64,000 bases of DNA from Deltaproteobacteria bacterium. GTDB taxonomy: Bacteria > Desulfobacterota > Binatia > Binatales > Binataceae. Both the position numbers and the translations under genes were made by a program. The stretch covers positions 9,954 through 73,953 of the forward strand of contig JAKAVN010000001.1 of assembly GCA_021827495.1 (NCBI GenBank), written 5' to 3'. Below the pieces are notes generated by a model. The model made no database searches. It had not been told where the DNA came from and was given only the letters and a program-made list of their open reading frames with translations. This document shows positions 1-9,812 of the stretch, in pieces (position 1 is the stretch's first letter; the number at the start of each line of letters is the position of its first letter).

Positions 1-2
1 CG

Positions 3-1187
3 CCCGTTGAGGATCAGATGGTTGTTGCGCTCCTGGAGCGTCATCGAGTCGATGATCGCCTGGATGCGGACCAGCTCGCGCTTGGCCTGTTCGGAGTCGG
101 CCTGCCCGGCGATCTTCTTGAGCCCCGGAATCATCCCCAACAACTCGCCCAACGAGCCCATCTTGCGCAGCGTGCGCAGTTGCTCGGCAAAGTCGGTGAT
201 GGTGAATTCGTTTTTCTTGAACTTGCGCTCGAGTTCCTTGGCCTTGGCCTGATCGTAATTCTGTTGCGCCTTTTCGATCAGGCTCAGCACGTCGCCCATC
301 CCGAGAATGCGCGAGGCCAGGCGGTCGGGATGGAAAACCTCGAGCGCCGCCAGCTTCTCCCCGGTTCCGGCGAACAGGATCGGCGCGCCGGTGACCGCAC
401 GCACCGAGAGCGCCGCGCCGCCCCGTGCGTCGCTGTCGAGCTTGGTCAGGATCAGGCCCGAAATGGTCAGCCGCTCATGAAAGCCCTGCGCGACGTTGAC
501 CGCGTCCTGGCCGGTCATCGCGTCGGCAACCAGCAGGATGTGATGGGGTTGGACGGCGGCGCGCAGGCGCCCCAGCTCGTCCATCAGATCCTCGTCGATC
601 TGCAGCCGCCCGGCGGTGTCGAAGATGATCGCGTCGTAGCCGGCGGTCTCGCTGCGCGCCAGCGCGCGGCTGGCGATCTCGATCGGGTCCTCGGTCTCGC
701 GCGTCTCCAGCACCGGCACGCCGATTTGCCCGCCGAGCACGCGCAACTGCTCCATCGCGGCCGGCCGCCGGACGTCGGTCGAGACCAGCAGCGGATGGCG
801 CTTGCGCTCCTCCTTGAGCAGGCGCGCCAGCTTCGCCGCCGACGTCGTTTTGCCCGAGCCCTGCAGCCCGACCAGCAGGATCTTGACCGGCGGCTTGACC
901 TTGAGGTCCAGCTCGCGGGCGCTGCCCCCCATCATTTCGCGCAGCTCGACCGCGACGAAGCGGATGAAGTGCTGCTCGGGCGTCAGCGAAGCCAGTACTT
1001 CCTGGCCGAGCGCCTTGTGCTTGACGTGCTCGATGAAGTCGCGCACGACCCGCAGATTGACGTCGGCTTCGAGCAGCGCGAGACGGACCTCGCGCAGCGC
1101 CTCTTCGATATTGCGCTCGGTGACCCGGCCTTGGCCCTTGAGCCTTTTGAAAACGCCTTCGAGGCGGTCGCTTAGCGTGTCAAACAT
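3..1187 (-). CDS. ffh: Signal recognition particle protein Ffh (3' end runs off the left edge of the window)
   Basis: Hand translation from ATG at 1187: MFDTLSDRLEGVFKRLKGQGRVTERNIEEALREVRLALLEADVN, with GLQGSGKTT P-loop, DTAGRL and TKLDSDARGG motifs. Absent from the ORF track because there is no stop in the window. Confidence 0.97.
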   Translation of the reverse strand, partial: MFDTLSDRLEGVFKRLKGQGRVTERNIEEALREVRLALLEADVNLRVVRDFIEHVKHKALGQEVLASLTPEQHFIRFVAVELREMMGGSARELDLKVKPPVKILLVGLQGSGKTTSAAKLARLLKEERKRHPLLVSTDVRRPAAMEQLRVLGGQIGVPVLETRETEDPIEIASRALARSETAGYDAIIFDTAGRLQIDEDLMDELGRLRAAVQPHHILLVADAMTGQDAVNVAQGFHERLTISGLILTKLDSDARGGAALSVRAVTGAPILFAGTGEKLAALEVFHPDRLASRILGMGDVLSLIEKAQQNYDQAKAKELERKFKKNEFTITDFAEQLRTLRKMGSLGELLGMIPGLKKIAGQADSEQAKRELVRIQAIIDSMTLQERNNHLILNG

Positions 1188-1253
1188 GGAGAAAAATGAC
1201 GAGGTGCCGTTGGCGGAGTTGGATTCGTGGCGACTGTTGGATCCAGACAGAGG

Positions 1254-1282
1254 AAGTTAAGCCACCGGCCCGGTTAAGTCAA
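1254..1282 (-). promoter_or_regulatory. Probable sigma70 promoter of ffh
   Basis: TTGACT-17 bp-TAACTT on the minus strand, ~67 bp upstream of the ffh ATG. Confidence 0.55.
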
Positions 1283-1390
1283 CGAAAGCGCCAAAAACGC
1301 AGCTTCGCGCGGACTTTTATAGCGCGGACCGACTGAACATCGCGTCCGTGGCTAGGCCGGCCGAGCAGGCGCTGGCGGCCGGTGACCGGC

Positions 1391-3379
1391 TCAGTTGGCC
1401 TGCTCCCAGTTGCTGCCGCCGTCGAAAGTGCTGTAGGTCACGCCGCCGGCGGTAAAGATGGTGGCCACGTCCTTGCTGGCGGCGGTGATTCCGACCACGT
1501 CGGCAGTAGTGGGCGATTTAACCTGCTCCCAGTGCACGCCGTCGATGGTCAGCAGGATGGCGCCGCGGCGGCCGACCGCCCAGCATACCGTGTCCGACGG
1601 CGCCATGCCGGCCAGCAGATCGGCCCGTACGCCAGTGGGTTGCGGCGTCCAGATCCTGCGATCACTGGTGCGATAAATTACTCCGGAATTCTGGAGCGAC
1701 CAGTAAACCGAATGGTCCGCCGGCGAGACCAGGATCGAGCGCGGCGGAACCGGTATGCCGGGTGCGATCGCCACGACGGCGGGCACACTTGGAACGGGGC
1801 TGGCCGCCATCGCGATCGCGTTAGTGGCACCGGAAGGGGCTGCGGGCGGTGCGATAGCGCGGGCTCCGCCGCCGGCGGCCGGGCCGGCCGCGCCGCGCCG
1901 CGCTTGGAGCGCGCCGGCGGCTATCTGCTGACGCATCGGAACCGCTGCCTCCGACCGGCGAACGGTTGTGACGGACGAAGCCATAGCGGGTTTCGGTTGC
2001 GCCTGGTCCAACCGCCGCTTCAGATTCGCGTCTCGGCGCGCCCGCGCGGCCTCCAGCGCGATTTCCGCCTTCAGCTTCTTTTCCGCGAGTTGCGCTTGCC
2101 GCTGCGCCCTGGACGGCGGCGCTGTCGCGCCGGCGCTCGCGCCTGCTGCGCTAGCGCTCCCTGACTTGCCAGAGCGCCTGCCGGTCGCGATTTCCGATGT
2201 CTTAGCTGGCGCTTGGGCCAGCGTCCCTCGTTGGAATTGTTCCAGGTGCGGCGGCGGTGCTGCCAGTGCGGCAACTTCCTGTTCCTTTTGCTTGACCGCG
2301 CCCAGTGTCGCACGCGCCGTGGCCCGCGCGGCGGCCCCGGAAACCGGCGCTGCGGCCGCTGAGGTCGCGGCTGGCGCAGCGGATGAGCCCCCCGCGACAG
2401 CTCCAGCAGCCCCGGCGGCGGCGATCGCCGCCGTGGCGTTCTTCGATGCGATCGGGGCTGCGCCGGCCGGTGTTGCGGGCGTTGCGGCCGATGGCATTGT
2501 GGCTGGGGCCGCCGGAGTTGCCGCCGTCACCGGCGTGGCAGCCAGCGCGCCCAATGCGGCGGCCGCCTGAGCGGCGTTCGCGGCGGCAGCCTCCGCATTT
2601 TGCGCGGTATCCGATGGCGCTATCGGTGGGGCTGCGGCCAGCGAGGGAAGGGCGGCTTCAGCGGGCGCATTCGCCGATCCAGCCGCGGCCTCACCGGTTG
2701 ACGGCGGCGCAACCGCAGCCGGAGATGCGACGGACGCGCTACGCATCGGCGCGCCTGCAGCGGCAGCCGCCTTGGCCGGCGCCCTGCGCGCAGCAGGCGC
2801 AGCAGACATCAGCGGCCGGTTGTCGTTGAGCGCCAACTCGGCCGCGCGCGAAGATTTATGCGTCTTGCGATGGTGATGCAGCGGCGCCGCGCGCACGGCG
2901 GCCACCTTTTCGCGCTCGCGCGCGAGCCTGCCTTGGGACACATGCAGGCCCGCGACGACGGCGACGGCGATCATCGCGGCCGCCGCCGCACTTGTCCCGG
3001 CGATGCGCCATACGGGCCTGATTTCGAACCAGCGCTCGCGGATGCCGGCGGACTCCGCCGCCGCCCTGCGCGCGGCCGCGGCCGCGAAGCCGCCCGCCTC
3101 GGAGGCGGCGTCGACCATCGGCGCCGCGTGCAGCAGCGCCGCGAGCGTGCCCTGGCATCGCGCGCACTGGGAGAAATGCGTCTCGAGGCGGGCGCGCTCG
3201 ACCCGGTTAAGCGCGTATTCGTAATAGGACGCGATCAGGTCGGGCGAAGGACACTGGGCCTCCTCGGAGGCGGCCGGTTGGTCGCCGCCGGGAATGCGCG
3301 ATGCGTCAAGCGCTAGCTTGACCGCGCTCGCGAAACGGTCCTCAAAATCATCGAGCGCCAAGCCGGGTCTCCCTGTCAT
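1391..3379 (-). CDS. Zinc-binding anti-sigma factor (zf-HC2) with TM helix, long Ala/Pro linker and C-terminal Ycf48/BNR-like repeats
   Basis: HFSQCARC (HxxxCxxC) ZAS motif, hydrophobic helix, C-terminal CWAVGRRGAILLTIDGVHW and STFDGGSNW (Asp-box); directly downstream of an ECF sigma gene. Confidence 0.8.
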   Translation of the reverse strand: MTGRPGLALDDFEDRFASAVKLALDASRIPGGDQPAASEEAQCPSPDLIASYYEYALNRVERARLETHFSQCARCQGTLAALLHAAPMVDAASEAGGFAAAAARRAAAESAGIRERWFEIRPVWRIAGTSAAAAAMIAVAVVAGLHVSQGRLAREREKVAAVRAAPLHHHRKTHKSSRAAELALNDNRPLMSAAPAARRAPAKAAAAAGAPMRSASVASPAAVAPPSTGEAAAGSANAPAEAALPSLAAAPPIAPSDTAQNAEAAAANAAQAAAALGALAATPVTAATPAAPATMPSAATPATPAGAAPIASKNATAAIAAAGAAGAVAGGSSAAPAATSAAAAPVSGAAARATARATLGAVKQKEQEVAALAAPPPHLEQFQRGTLAQAPAKTSEIATGRRSGKSGSASAAGASAGATAPPSRAQRQAQLAEKKLKAEIALEAARARRDANLKRRLDQAQPKPAMASSVTTVRRSEAAVPMRQQIAAGALQARRGAAGPAAGGGARAIAPPAAPSGATNAIAMAASPVPSVPAVVAIAPGIPVPPRSILVSPADHSVYWSLQNSGVIYRTSDRRIWTPQPTGVRADLLAGMAPSDTVCWAVGRRGAILLTIDGVHWEQVKSPTTADVVGITAASKDVATIFTAGGVTYSTFDGGSNWEQAN

Positions 3380-3421
3380 TGGAACGGGTCAACTGCCAAA
3401 ACGTGCGCTTTGCGGGCGATT

Positions 3422-4285
3422 TCACTTCGACTCCGAAAGTGCGCGCCTCAGGTCGAACGGCCATTGCTCAGCCGCGTAATCATAGCACAGCCGGATCTGC
3501 TCCTCGCTCAAATGTTGCTCGCGGCGCAGCCAGCGCTCGACCCGGCGCTTGAGTTCGCCGCGGGTCTGCTGCAACCTGCGCGACACGCTGGAGGGATGCT
3601 CGCTGAGCAGCCGGGCGATCTCTCGTAGCGTGAGGTTTTCCAGATAGTAGTAACCCAAGCGCAACCGGTCGCACGGCTCGAGCGCCCCGAGCGCCTCGGT
3701 CAGCGCCGTGCTGAGTGCGGCCACGTAGCGAAGGCGATCGGGGTCGGACGGATCTCCCTCCGTCGCAGGTTCGGTTGGACAGCTCTCCAGCGGCTTAGTC
3801 CGTGCGGCCGCGCGTGTCAAGTCAACGAAGCGCTGCGCGAGCACCGCGTGCAGCCAGGTCCCAAGCGAACTGCGTCCGCCGTAATAGCCGAGCAGCGAGC
3901 GCCGTTCGCCCGCGCGCGTGTCCATCCCGTAAAGGTCCGCCCACAGCGAATCCGCGAGCTCGCGCGCGCCAACCTCGTCGTGCGTCAGCGTCCGCGCCGC
4001 GGCGTAGAGCAGGGGCCGGTACTTTTCGATGAAGCCCTCCCAAACCCGCTCGTTGCCCTGTGTGCAGGCGAGCGCCAGCACCAGGTCGTCGGCGTGCAGC
4101 TTGTCGAGGTATTCTTCGATCGCCGCCGGCGTGGCCTCCGCGCTCCACGCGCGCACGCTGCGATGCAGTGCCGTGCCGAGGTCGGCCGGAGTGAGGCCGA
4201 AGCCGTCGGCCTTGCCGCGCCGATGCAGGCGCACGATCGCCGGCGCGTGCGAGATCAGGAATTCGGCTAATGGGTCGGCCGGCAT
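3422..4285 (-). CDS. ECF-type sigma-70 family RNA polymerase sigma factor
   Basis: Region 2-like DLVLALAC...YYGGRSSLGTWLHAVLAQRFVD and region 4 HTH LTLREIARLLSEHPSSVSRRL. Confidence 0.88.
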   Translation of the reverse strand: MPADPLAEFLISHAPAIVRLHRRGKADGFGLTPADLGTALHRSVRAWSAEATPAAIEEYLDKLHADDLVLALACTQGNERVWEGFIEKYRPLLYAAARTLTHDEVGARELADSLWADLYGMDTRAGERRSLLGYYGGRSSLGTWLHAVLAQRFVDLTRAAARTKPLESCPTEPATEGDPSDPDRLRYVAALSTALTEALGALEPCDRLRLGYYYLENLTLREIARLLSEHPSSVSRRLQQTRGELKRRVERWLRREQHLSEEQIRLCYDYAAEQWPFDLRRALSESK

Positions 4286-4565
4286 GATGGGCCGCTGCCG
4301 CAGGACGCTCCCTCGGCGTGTCGCGGCAATCTATGCAGGTATAGCGAAAAGAGGCAGCTATAGCGAAAAAGTCGAGGGCTGTGGTCAGCATGCGCGCAGT
4401 CGGTGCCAGGTCTTGCGAATCGCCAAGCACGCAAAAGGGGGTGGGGTGAGAGGTCAAGCCCGGATTGGGTGTGGGCCCACAAAATTCCCCACAGGCGTGC
4501 CCCGAGCTAACGCCCACCATGAATTAGAAGGGTGAGAACCGGCCTAATTTTGGAGGATTTTCGGT

Positions 4566-4642
4566 TGGTCGGGGCGGCCGGATTTGAACCGGCGACCACA
4601 CGCACCCCAAGCGTGTGCGCTACCAGGCTGCGCCACGCCCCG
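4566..4642 (-). tRNA. tRNA-Pro (anticodon GGG)
   Basis: CGGGGCGTGGCGCAGCCTGGTAGCGCA-CACGC-TTGGGGT-GCGTG-TGGTC-GCCGG-TTCAAAT-CCGGC-CGCCCCG-ACCA; 77-nt cloverleaf with encoded CCA. Confidence 0.97.
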
Positions 4643-4906
4643 ACCCGAAGACTATCTAACGGCGCCCGTCCCTACGATGCCCGACGGCGCGCGCGCCGCT
4701 AGGTGAACGCCACGCCAGTATAATTGCGTGCAAGTCAAAATACAGCCGCGCACGGCGCAGACGCGCGCCGCGCGTGGTTGCCACGCTCACCGTGGCCTGC
4801 GGCGCGAACGTGATACACGCACACGCCGCGACTGCGGCACGAGCGCCGCGGCGCGTGTGTGACGCCGCGTGCGGGTGACGCACGCCCACATGGGGCGCGC
4901 GGCGCG

Positions 4907-5650
4907 CTAGGCTTTTTTCTTCGCCGCCACGCGCGGGCGCCATTGCACGAACGAGCGCATGTCGATCGAGAACGTCCACGCGCCGCGCGGCTGATTGATC
5001 AGATGCACGATCTCGCTGCAAATCGCCGAGGGCGGCACGAAATGCGACGGGTCGGCCTCGGGCGCCGCCTCGCGCACGCGCGGGCTATCCACGGCGCCGT
5101 CGACGTCGAGGGTCGCCGAATGGATGCCCAGGTGCATGTACTCGTAGGCGAGCGACTCCGCGATCGCGCGCTGCGCCACCTTCGAGGCGGTGTAGGCCGA
5201 GTACAAAGCCGGCCCGCCGCGGGTCTCCGACCCCAGCACGAAGATGACCGTCCCGCCGCCGCGTGCCGCCATCTTGCCCACCACGGCCTGCGTGCAGAAG
5301 AACGGCCCGTAAGTGTTGACCTTGAGTTGAAAGTCGAAGTCCTCCTCGGTGATCTCCTCGAAGCGCTTGCGCAGGTAGGCGCCGGCGTTGTTGATCAACA
5401 CCGCGATCGGTCCCAGCTCGCGCTCGACCGCCGCGACCGCCGCCAGCACCTGCTCGCGCTTGGAGACGTCCGTCGGCGTCACCAGCGCCTTGCCGCCGGC
5501 CTTGACGATAAGCTCGGCGGTCTCTTCGAGCTGCGACTTGGTGCGCGCGATGAGTCCGCAGGCGTAGCCCTCGCGGGCTAGGCGCTGCGCGATGTCGCGT
5601 CCGATTCCCCGTCCCGCACCGGTAACCAATGCAACCTTGGGTTCTGACAT
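4907..5650 (-). CDS. Short-chain dehydrogenase/reductase (SDR)
   Basis: TGAGRGIG, NNAG and YTASK motifs; start taken at MSEPK (5659 is an alternative). Confidence 0.9.
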   Translation of the reverse strand: MSEPKVALVTGAGRGIGRDIAQRLAREGYACGLIARTKSQLEETAELIVKAGGKALVTPTDVSKREQVLAAVAAVERELGPIAVLINNAGAYLRKRFEEITEEDFDFQLKVNTYGPFFCTQAVVGKMAARGGGTVIFVLGSETRGGPALYSAYTASKVAQRAIAESLAYEYMHLGIHSATLDVDGAVDSPRVREAAPEADPSHFVPPSAICSEIVHLINQPRGAWTFSIDMRSFVQWRPRVAAKKKA

Positions 5651-5881
5651 GCGACGCATCTTAGCCGAGCCGCCTACCGGCTGAAAACCCGCGGCGCGAA
5701 TAAATCGCGCGCGGGAACCGTCACTCATCACAGTGAGGTCGGCTATCAGGAGCGAGGTGATCGCGGCCACCCGTGGCCGCACGAGGCACGGAGCCGCGCC
5801 GGAAGTTGCGCCACGGCTTGGCGATTTGCTGGAGTGGGTGATACCTTTAATTCATGATCTTGGGGGTCGCCAGGTGACGGT

Positions 5882-6649
5882 ATGAAGTTTCAGAGCGCAT
5901 GGCATGGGCGAGGGTTTGCGTCCACATCATCAATCGCGGCCGGAAGCTTCGCCCTGATGTTGGCGGCTGTCATGGCCGGCACGGCGTGCGCCCAGGATAC
6001 CAGCCGTGGCGGCTCGGACTGGGAGCTGGTCGCCCGCGTCCTGGTCCTTCCGCCGGTGTATCGGCCGGGTGTCGCGGCCAACGCGCCGCCCGATGGTTGC
6101 GCCGCGGATTGCACGAATCCGAGTGACTCCGGCGGCGCTGAATCACCGACCGCCGTCGCGGGCACGGCGGACGATCCCACGGATGCAAGTGTGGCGGTGG
6201 ACGGTTCAGCGCCTGATGGATCGGGCTCGCAAGAGCAGCAGACCGCCGCAGCCGGCGACGCTCAGCAGGACGCTGATAGCCTCGATAGCTCCGTCGGATC
6301 CGCCCAGGAGTACCAGGATCAGCAACAGATGGCGGCGCAGGAGCTTGGCTCGGCCGGAATTATCCAGGTGCCGGCCACTGTTATAGGGCCATCCGCGTGG
6401 CCCTATTATGCGATCGGCACTTACGCTCCAGCCGGTCCGATATACTTTCCCGGGCGCGCTTTTCCATCGTCCCCGGCGTGGATGCCGCCGCCGATGCCGA
6501 GAGTCGTGCCGCGCCCGTCGATTGTTCCCCACTCGATCCCGCGAACCATCGGAGGTTTCTCCGGAGGCTTCCCCGGGGGCTTTCCCGGGAGGGGTCAGGA
6601 GAGCTTTGCCCCCATGTCGGGATTCCACGGCGGATTTGGCCACAGGTAG
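5882..6649 (+). CDS. Hypothetical secreted low-complexity protein
   Basis: Signal-peptide-like segment ending ACA-Q, acidic/Gln-rich middle, Pro-rich and GGF(P/H)GG C-terminus. Confidence 0.55.
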   Translation: MKFQSAWHGRGFASTSSIAAGSFALMLAAVMAGTACAQDTSRGGSDWELVARVLVLPPVYRPGVAANAPPDGCAADCTNPSDSGGAESPTAVAGTADDPTDASVAVDGSAPDGSGSQEQQTAAAGDAQQDADSLDSSVGSAQEYQDQQQMAAQELGSAGIIQVPATVIGPSAWPYYAIGTYAPAGPIYFPGRAFPSSPAWMPPPMPRVVPRPSIVPHSIPRTIGGFSGGFPGGFPGRGQESFAPMSGFHGGFGHR

Positions 6650-6713
6650 GCAACCGCGCCAAATAACTCTTGTTTACTGGTGAAACCGCAAGACCATCCA
6701 TGATGATAGCGCC

Positions 6714-7519
<806 letters not shown>

Positions 7520-7523
<4 letters not shown>

Positions 7524-8401
7524 TGGCAAGGCCGCAGCGGGTCGTCACTGATTCGATGATCGGGCTCAAGCTGCCCGACTTCGTGCGCCACTCCGATCGC
7601 GTGGCCACCGTGCTGGGCTATAACCCGGGCCCGTTCACCGGCCCGGGCACCAATACCTACATCGTCGGCGCGGGGCGCCGGCCGTTACTGCTCGACACCG
7701 GCGCCGGTGTGCCGCTATACGAGGAGTTGTTGCCGCACGCGCTTAGGGAAGTCAGTTCCAGCCGCGAGCTGGAGTGCGTCGTATGCACCCACGCGCACCC
7801 CGATCATATCGGCGGCGTGCGCCAGGTCCGTCGCCGCTTCGGTGAGCTGGCAGTGCTCAAGAAGCCGTGGCCGGGCAAGGACGAAGTCGCCGATGCGCCG
7901 ATCCGCGCGATCGACGACGGCGCGGTGGTCAGAGCCGAGGGCGCGACACTGCGCGCGATTTACACGCCGGGCCATGCCCCCGACCATCTTTGCTATTATC
8001 TCGAAGAGGAGAAGGCGCTGTTTACCGGCGACCTGGTGCTGGGGGCCGGAACCACCGTGATTCCTGACGACGCCGGCGACCTCGGGCAGTACATGGTTTC
8101 CCTGCACCGCCTTTTGGAACTCGATTTGGCGCTGATTTACCCGGCGCACGGCCCGGTGATCCGCAACCCGCGGCAGAAGATCGAGGAGTACATCGCGCAT
8201 CGCGAACTGCGCGAGCGCCAAGTGCTCGACGCGCTCGGCGGCGGTCCGCCGCTCGAGCCGATGCAGATCGTCAAGAAGATTTACCTCGACGTGCCCGAGT
8301 ATCTGCACGCCGCCGCCGCCAATTCGGTACGCGCGCATCTGAAGAAGCTTCGAAACGAGGGGCGCGTGGTGGAGCATGACAGCCGCTGGAGTCTCAACTA
8401 G
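7520..8401 (+). CDS. MBL-fold metallo-hydrolase, LACTB2-like
   Basis: NPGPFTGPGTNTY, THAHPDHIGG, TPGHAPDH, TGD and PAHG motifs; ATGA overlap with coaX. Confidence 0.9.
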
Positions 8402-9422
8402 CCGGCCGCGCCCGCCGCTGGCCCGCCGCGCCGCGATCTGCTCGGCGTTCGCGGCGGGGCTCGCGCTGTGTGCGATGAGCCCGGCGTTTGCTCAGGACGG
8501 GCCTCCGGTCGGCCCGTCCGCCACGGTCGGCGCCTTGGGCGCGGCGCCGACCGCGGCCGCCGACGAGGAGGCGGCCGCGCTGCTGGTCGCCGCACCGGTG
8601 CCGCCATCGGCTGCTTCGGCCACCCCGACTCCGTCGGCGTCGGCTGGCGCCTCGGCACCCAGCGGCGGAAGCACGACTATTCTCATCAACGACGGTCCGC
8701 CGGGTTCGACGCCTTCCGGATGGTCTCCGGTTGCGGCGGGCGCGTCCGCATCCGGCGGGCCCGAGGAAGCTCCCGCGCCGGCGGCAGCCGATGCGCCGGT
8801 GGTTGAAGAGCGGCGGGAAGATCCCGGCGAAGCTCCGCCGGGAACCACCATCATTCCCTCCGCCGCGCAGCAGCAGGCGGCCCCACCCGGAACAGGGGTT
8901 CCTGGCGATAACCCGCAGGTCGTCAACTATGAAGCGAACCAGCAGATGCCGCTCAATGAGCCGCAGCTTCACAGTCTGCAGGAGTTCATGAACGAGGGCG
9001 TCAACGCCTCGCCGCTGGGTGTCGAATTGGAGGAGGGCGCGCGGCGGGGGAAAAACGGCCGCGAGGTCGACGGCCTGCTGGTCGTCGCGCTGGAGCCCGG
9101 AGGGCCGGCCGAGCGGGCGGGTGTACAGGCCGGCCATCGCGCCGCCCACGACGTGCTCGAGGGCGCGGCGGTGGCGGCTTCGCTGGTGTTTCCGCCGGCG
9201 GTTCTGGCCGTGCCGGTGATCGAAACCATTCAGCTTGGTGAGAACTACGACCTGATCATCGGAGTCGACGGCAACCGGGTCACCAACTTCATGGATTTCC
9301 AGGACCAGTTGCGCGAGGCGCAGCCGGGCGAGACCGTCTACCTCAACATCCTGCGCAGCGGCCAGCGTCTCCAGGTGCCGGTGGAGATGCCGCCGCCGGA
9401 CGCCGGGCAGCTATATCCATAG
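8376..9422 (+). CDS. Secreted PDZ-domain protein
   Basis: Signal peptide (AFA-Q), Ala/Pro-rich N-terminal half, split PDZ-like segments PGGPAERAGVQAG...DLIIGVDGNRV...VYLNILRSG. Confidence 0.7.
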   Translation: MTAAGVSTSRPRPPLARRAAICSAFAAGLALCAMSPAFAQDGPPVGPSATVGALGAAPTAAADEEAAALLVAAPVPPSAASATPTPSASAGASAPSGGSTTILINDGPPGSTPSGWSPVAAGASASGGPEEAPAPAAADAPVVEERREDPGEAPPGTTIIPSAAQQQAAPPGTGVPGDNPQVVNYEANQQMPLNEPQLHSLQEFMNEGVNASPLGVELEEGARRGKNGREVDGLLVVALEPGGPAERAGVQAGHRAAHDVLEGAAVAASLVFPPAVLAVPVIETIQLGENYDLIIGVDGNRVTNFMDFQDQLREAQPGETVYLNILRSGQRLQVPVEMPPPDAGQLYP

Positions 9423-9492
9423 AATTTCACCGATTGGTCTTTACTCCGGCAAGACATCGTACTAATAGATCGCATTCCGTCGAGGCGCAGAC

Positions 9493-9645
9493 CCGGCGAG
9501 ACACATCGATGAGGTAGCGGATACTCCGGAAACGGAGAAATTGCTGACATAGGCTTGGGCTAGCGCCTGGATCCTGAAGACAGGACCGGGACCCCGAAAG
9601 TGGCTTGAGCGCTCTTCGCGAGCACGTTCGATGCGGGGTTGCCGG
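9493..9645 (+). ncRNA. Structured cis-regulatory leader RNA of panBC containing a pan-motif-like hairpin (9564-9593)
   Basis: CCUGGAUCCUG-aaga-CAGGACCGGGAC bulged-A hairpin directly upstream of panB, nested within further predicted helices 9493-9499/9639-9645, 9504-9509/9628-9633, 9553-9562/9601-9610 and 9524-9537. Confidence 0.65.
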
Positions 9646-9671
9646 TATAGGGTTGCTCCGCATTTTTGTTT
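9631..9671 (+). terminator. Intrinsic terminator (attenuator) in the panB leader
   Basis: ATGCGGGG...CTCCGCAT stem followed by TTTTGTTT. Confidence 0.6.
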
Positions 9672-9676
9672 GCCTG

Positions 9677-9795
9677 AAGGCTGCGGAAAAACCCGGCGAA
9701 AGACGATTTCGGCGAAGAGTAAGCATCACTGTAACCACGAGAGTGCGTCTTGGGTCAGTGCTGTCAGGAGTCGAAAACACTTTGTCCGCAACCTG
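9677..9795. mobile_element. MITE copy 1 (119 bp, IS5-like terminal inverted repeats, degenerate)
   Basis: Ungapped ~85% match (18 mismatches counted by hand) to 50144-50262; ends AAGGCTGCGGAAAAA / TTTGTCCGCAACCTG. Confidence 0.8.
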
Positions 9796-9812
9796 CTGAT
9801 CGAGGGCATACG

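Noticed and set aside
18..1175. 385-aa plus-strand ORF, and similar long antisense ORFs (e.g. 13018-14484, 18166-19920, 22044-23777, 25288-26658, 35945-37447, 41438-42862)
   Set aside because: They are shadow frames of well-supported genes on the opposite strand, expected from high-GC3 codon bias, and carry no protein motifs.
9482..9613. Lysine riboswitch or 6S RNA as the identity of the panB leader
   Set aside because: GAGGCGC...GAGCGCT resembles the lysine aptamer junction, but no P1 forms and the GAAAGG/GCCGAA elements are absent; the branched fold is not the 6S rod with a central bubble.
9750..9812. Upstream TTG start of panB in the ORF track
   Set aside because: It lies inside the MITE; the ATG at 9813 has a GAGG RBS and matches the normal PanB N-terminus.
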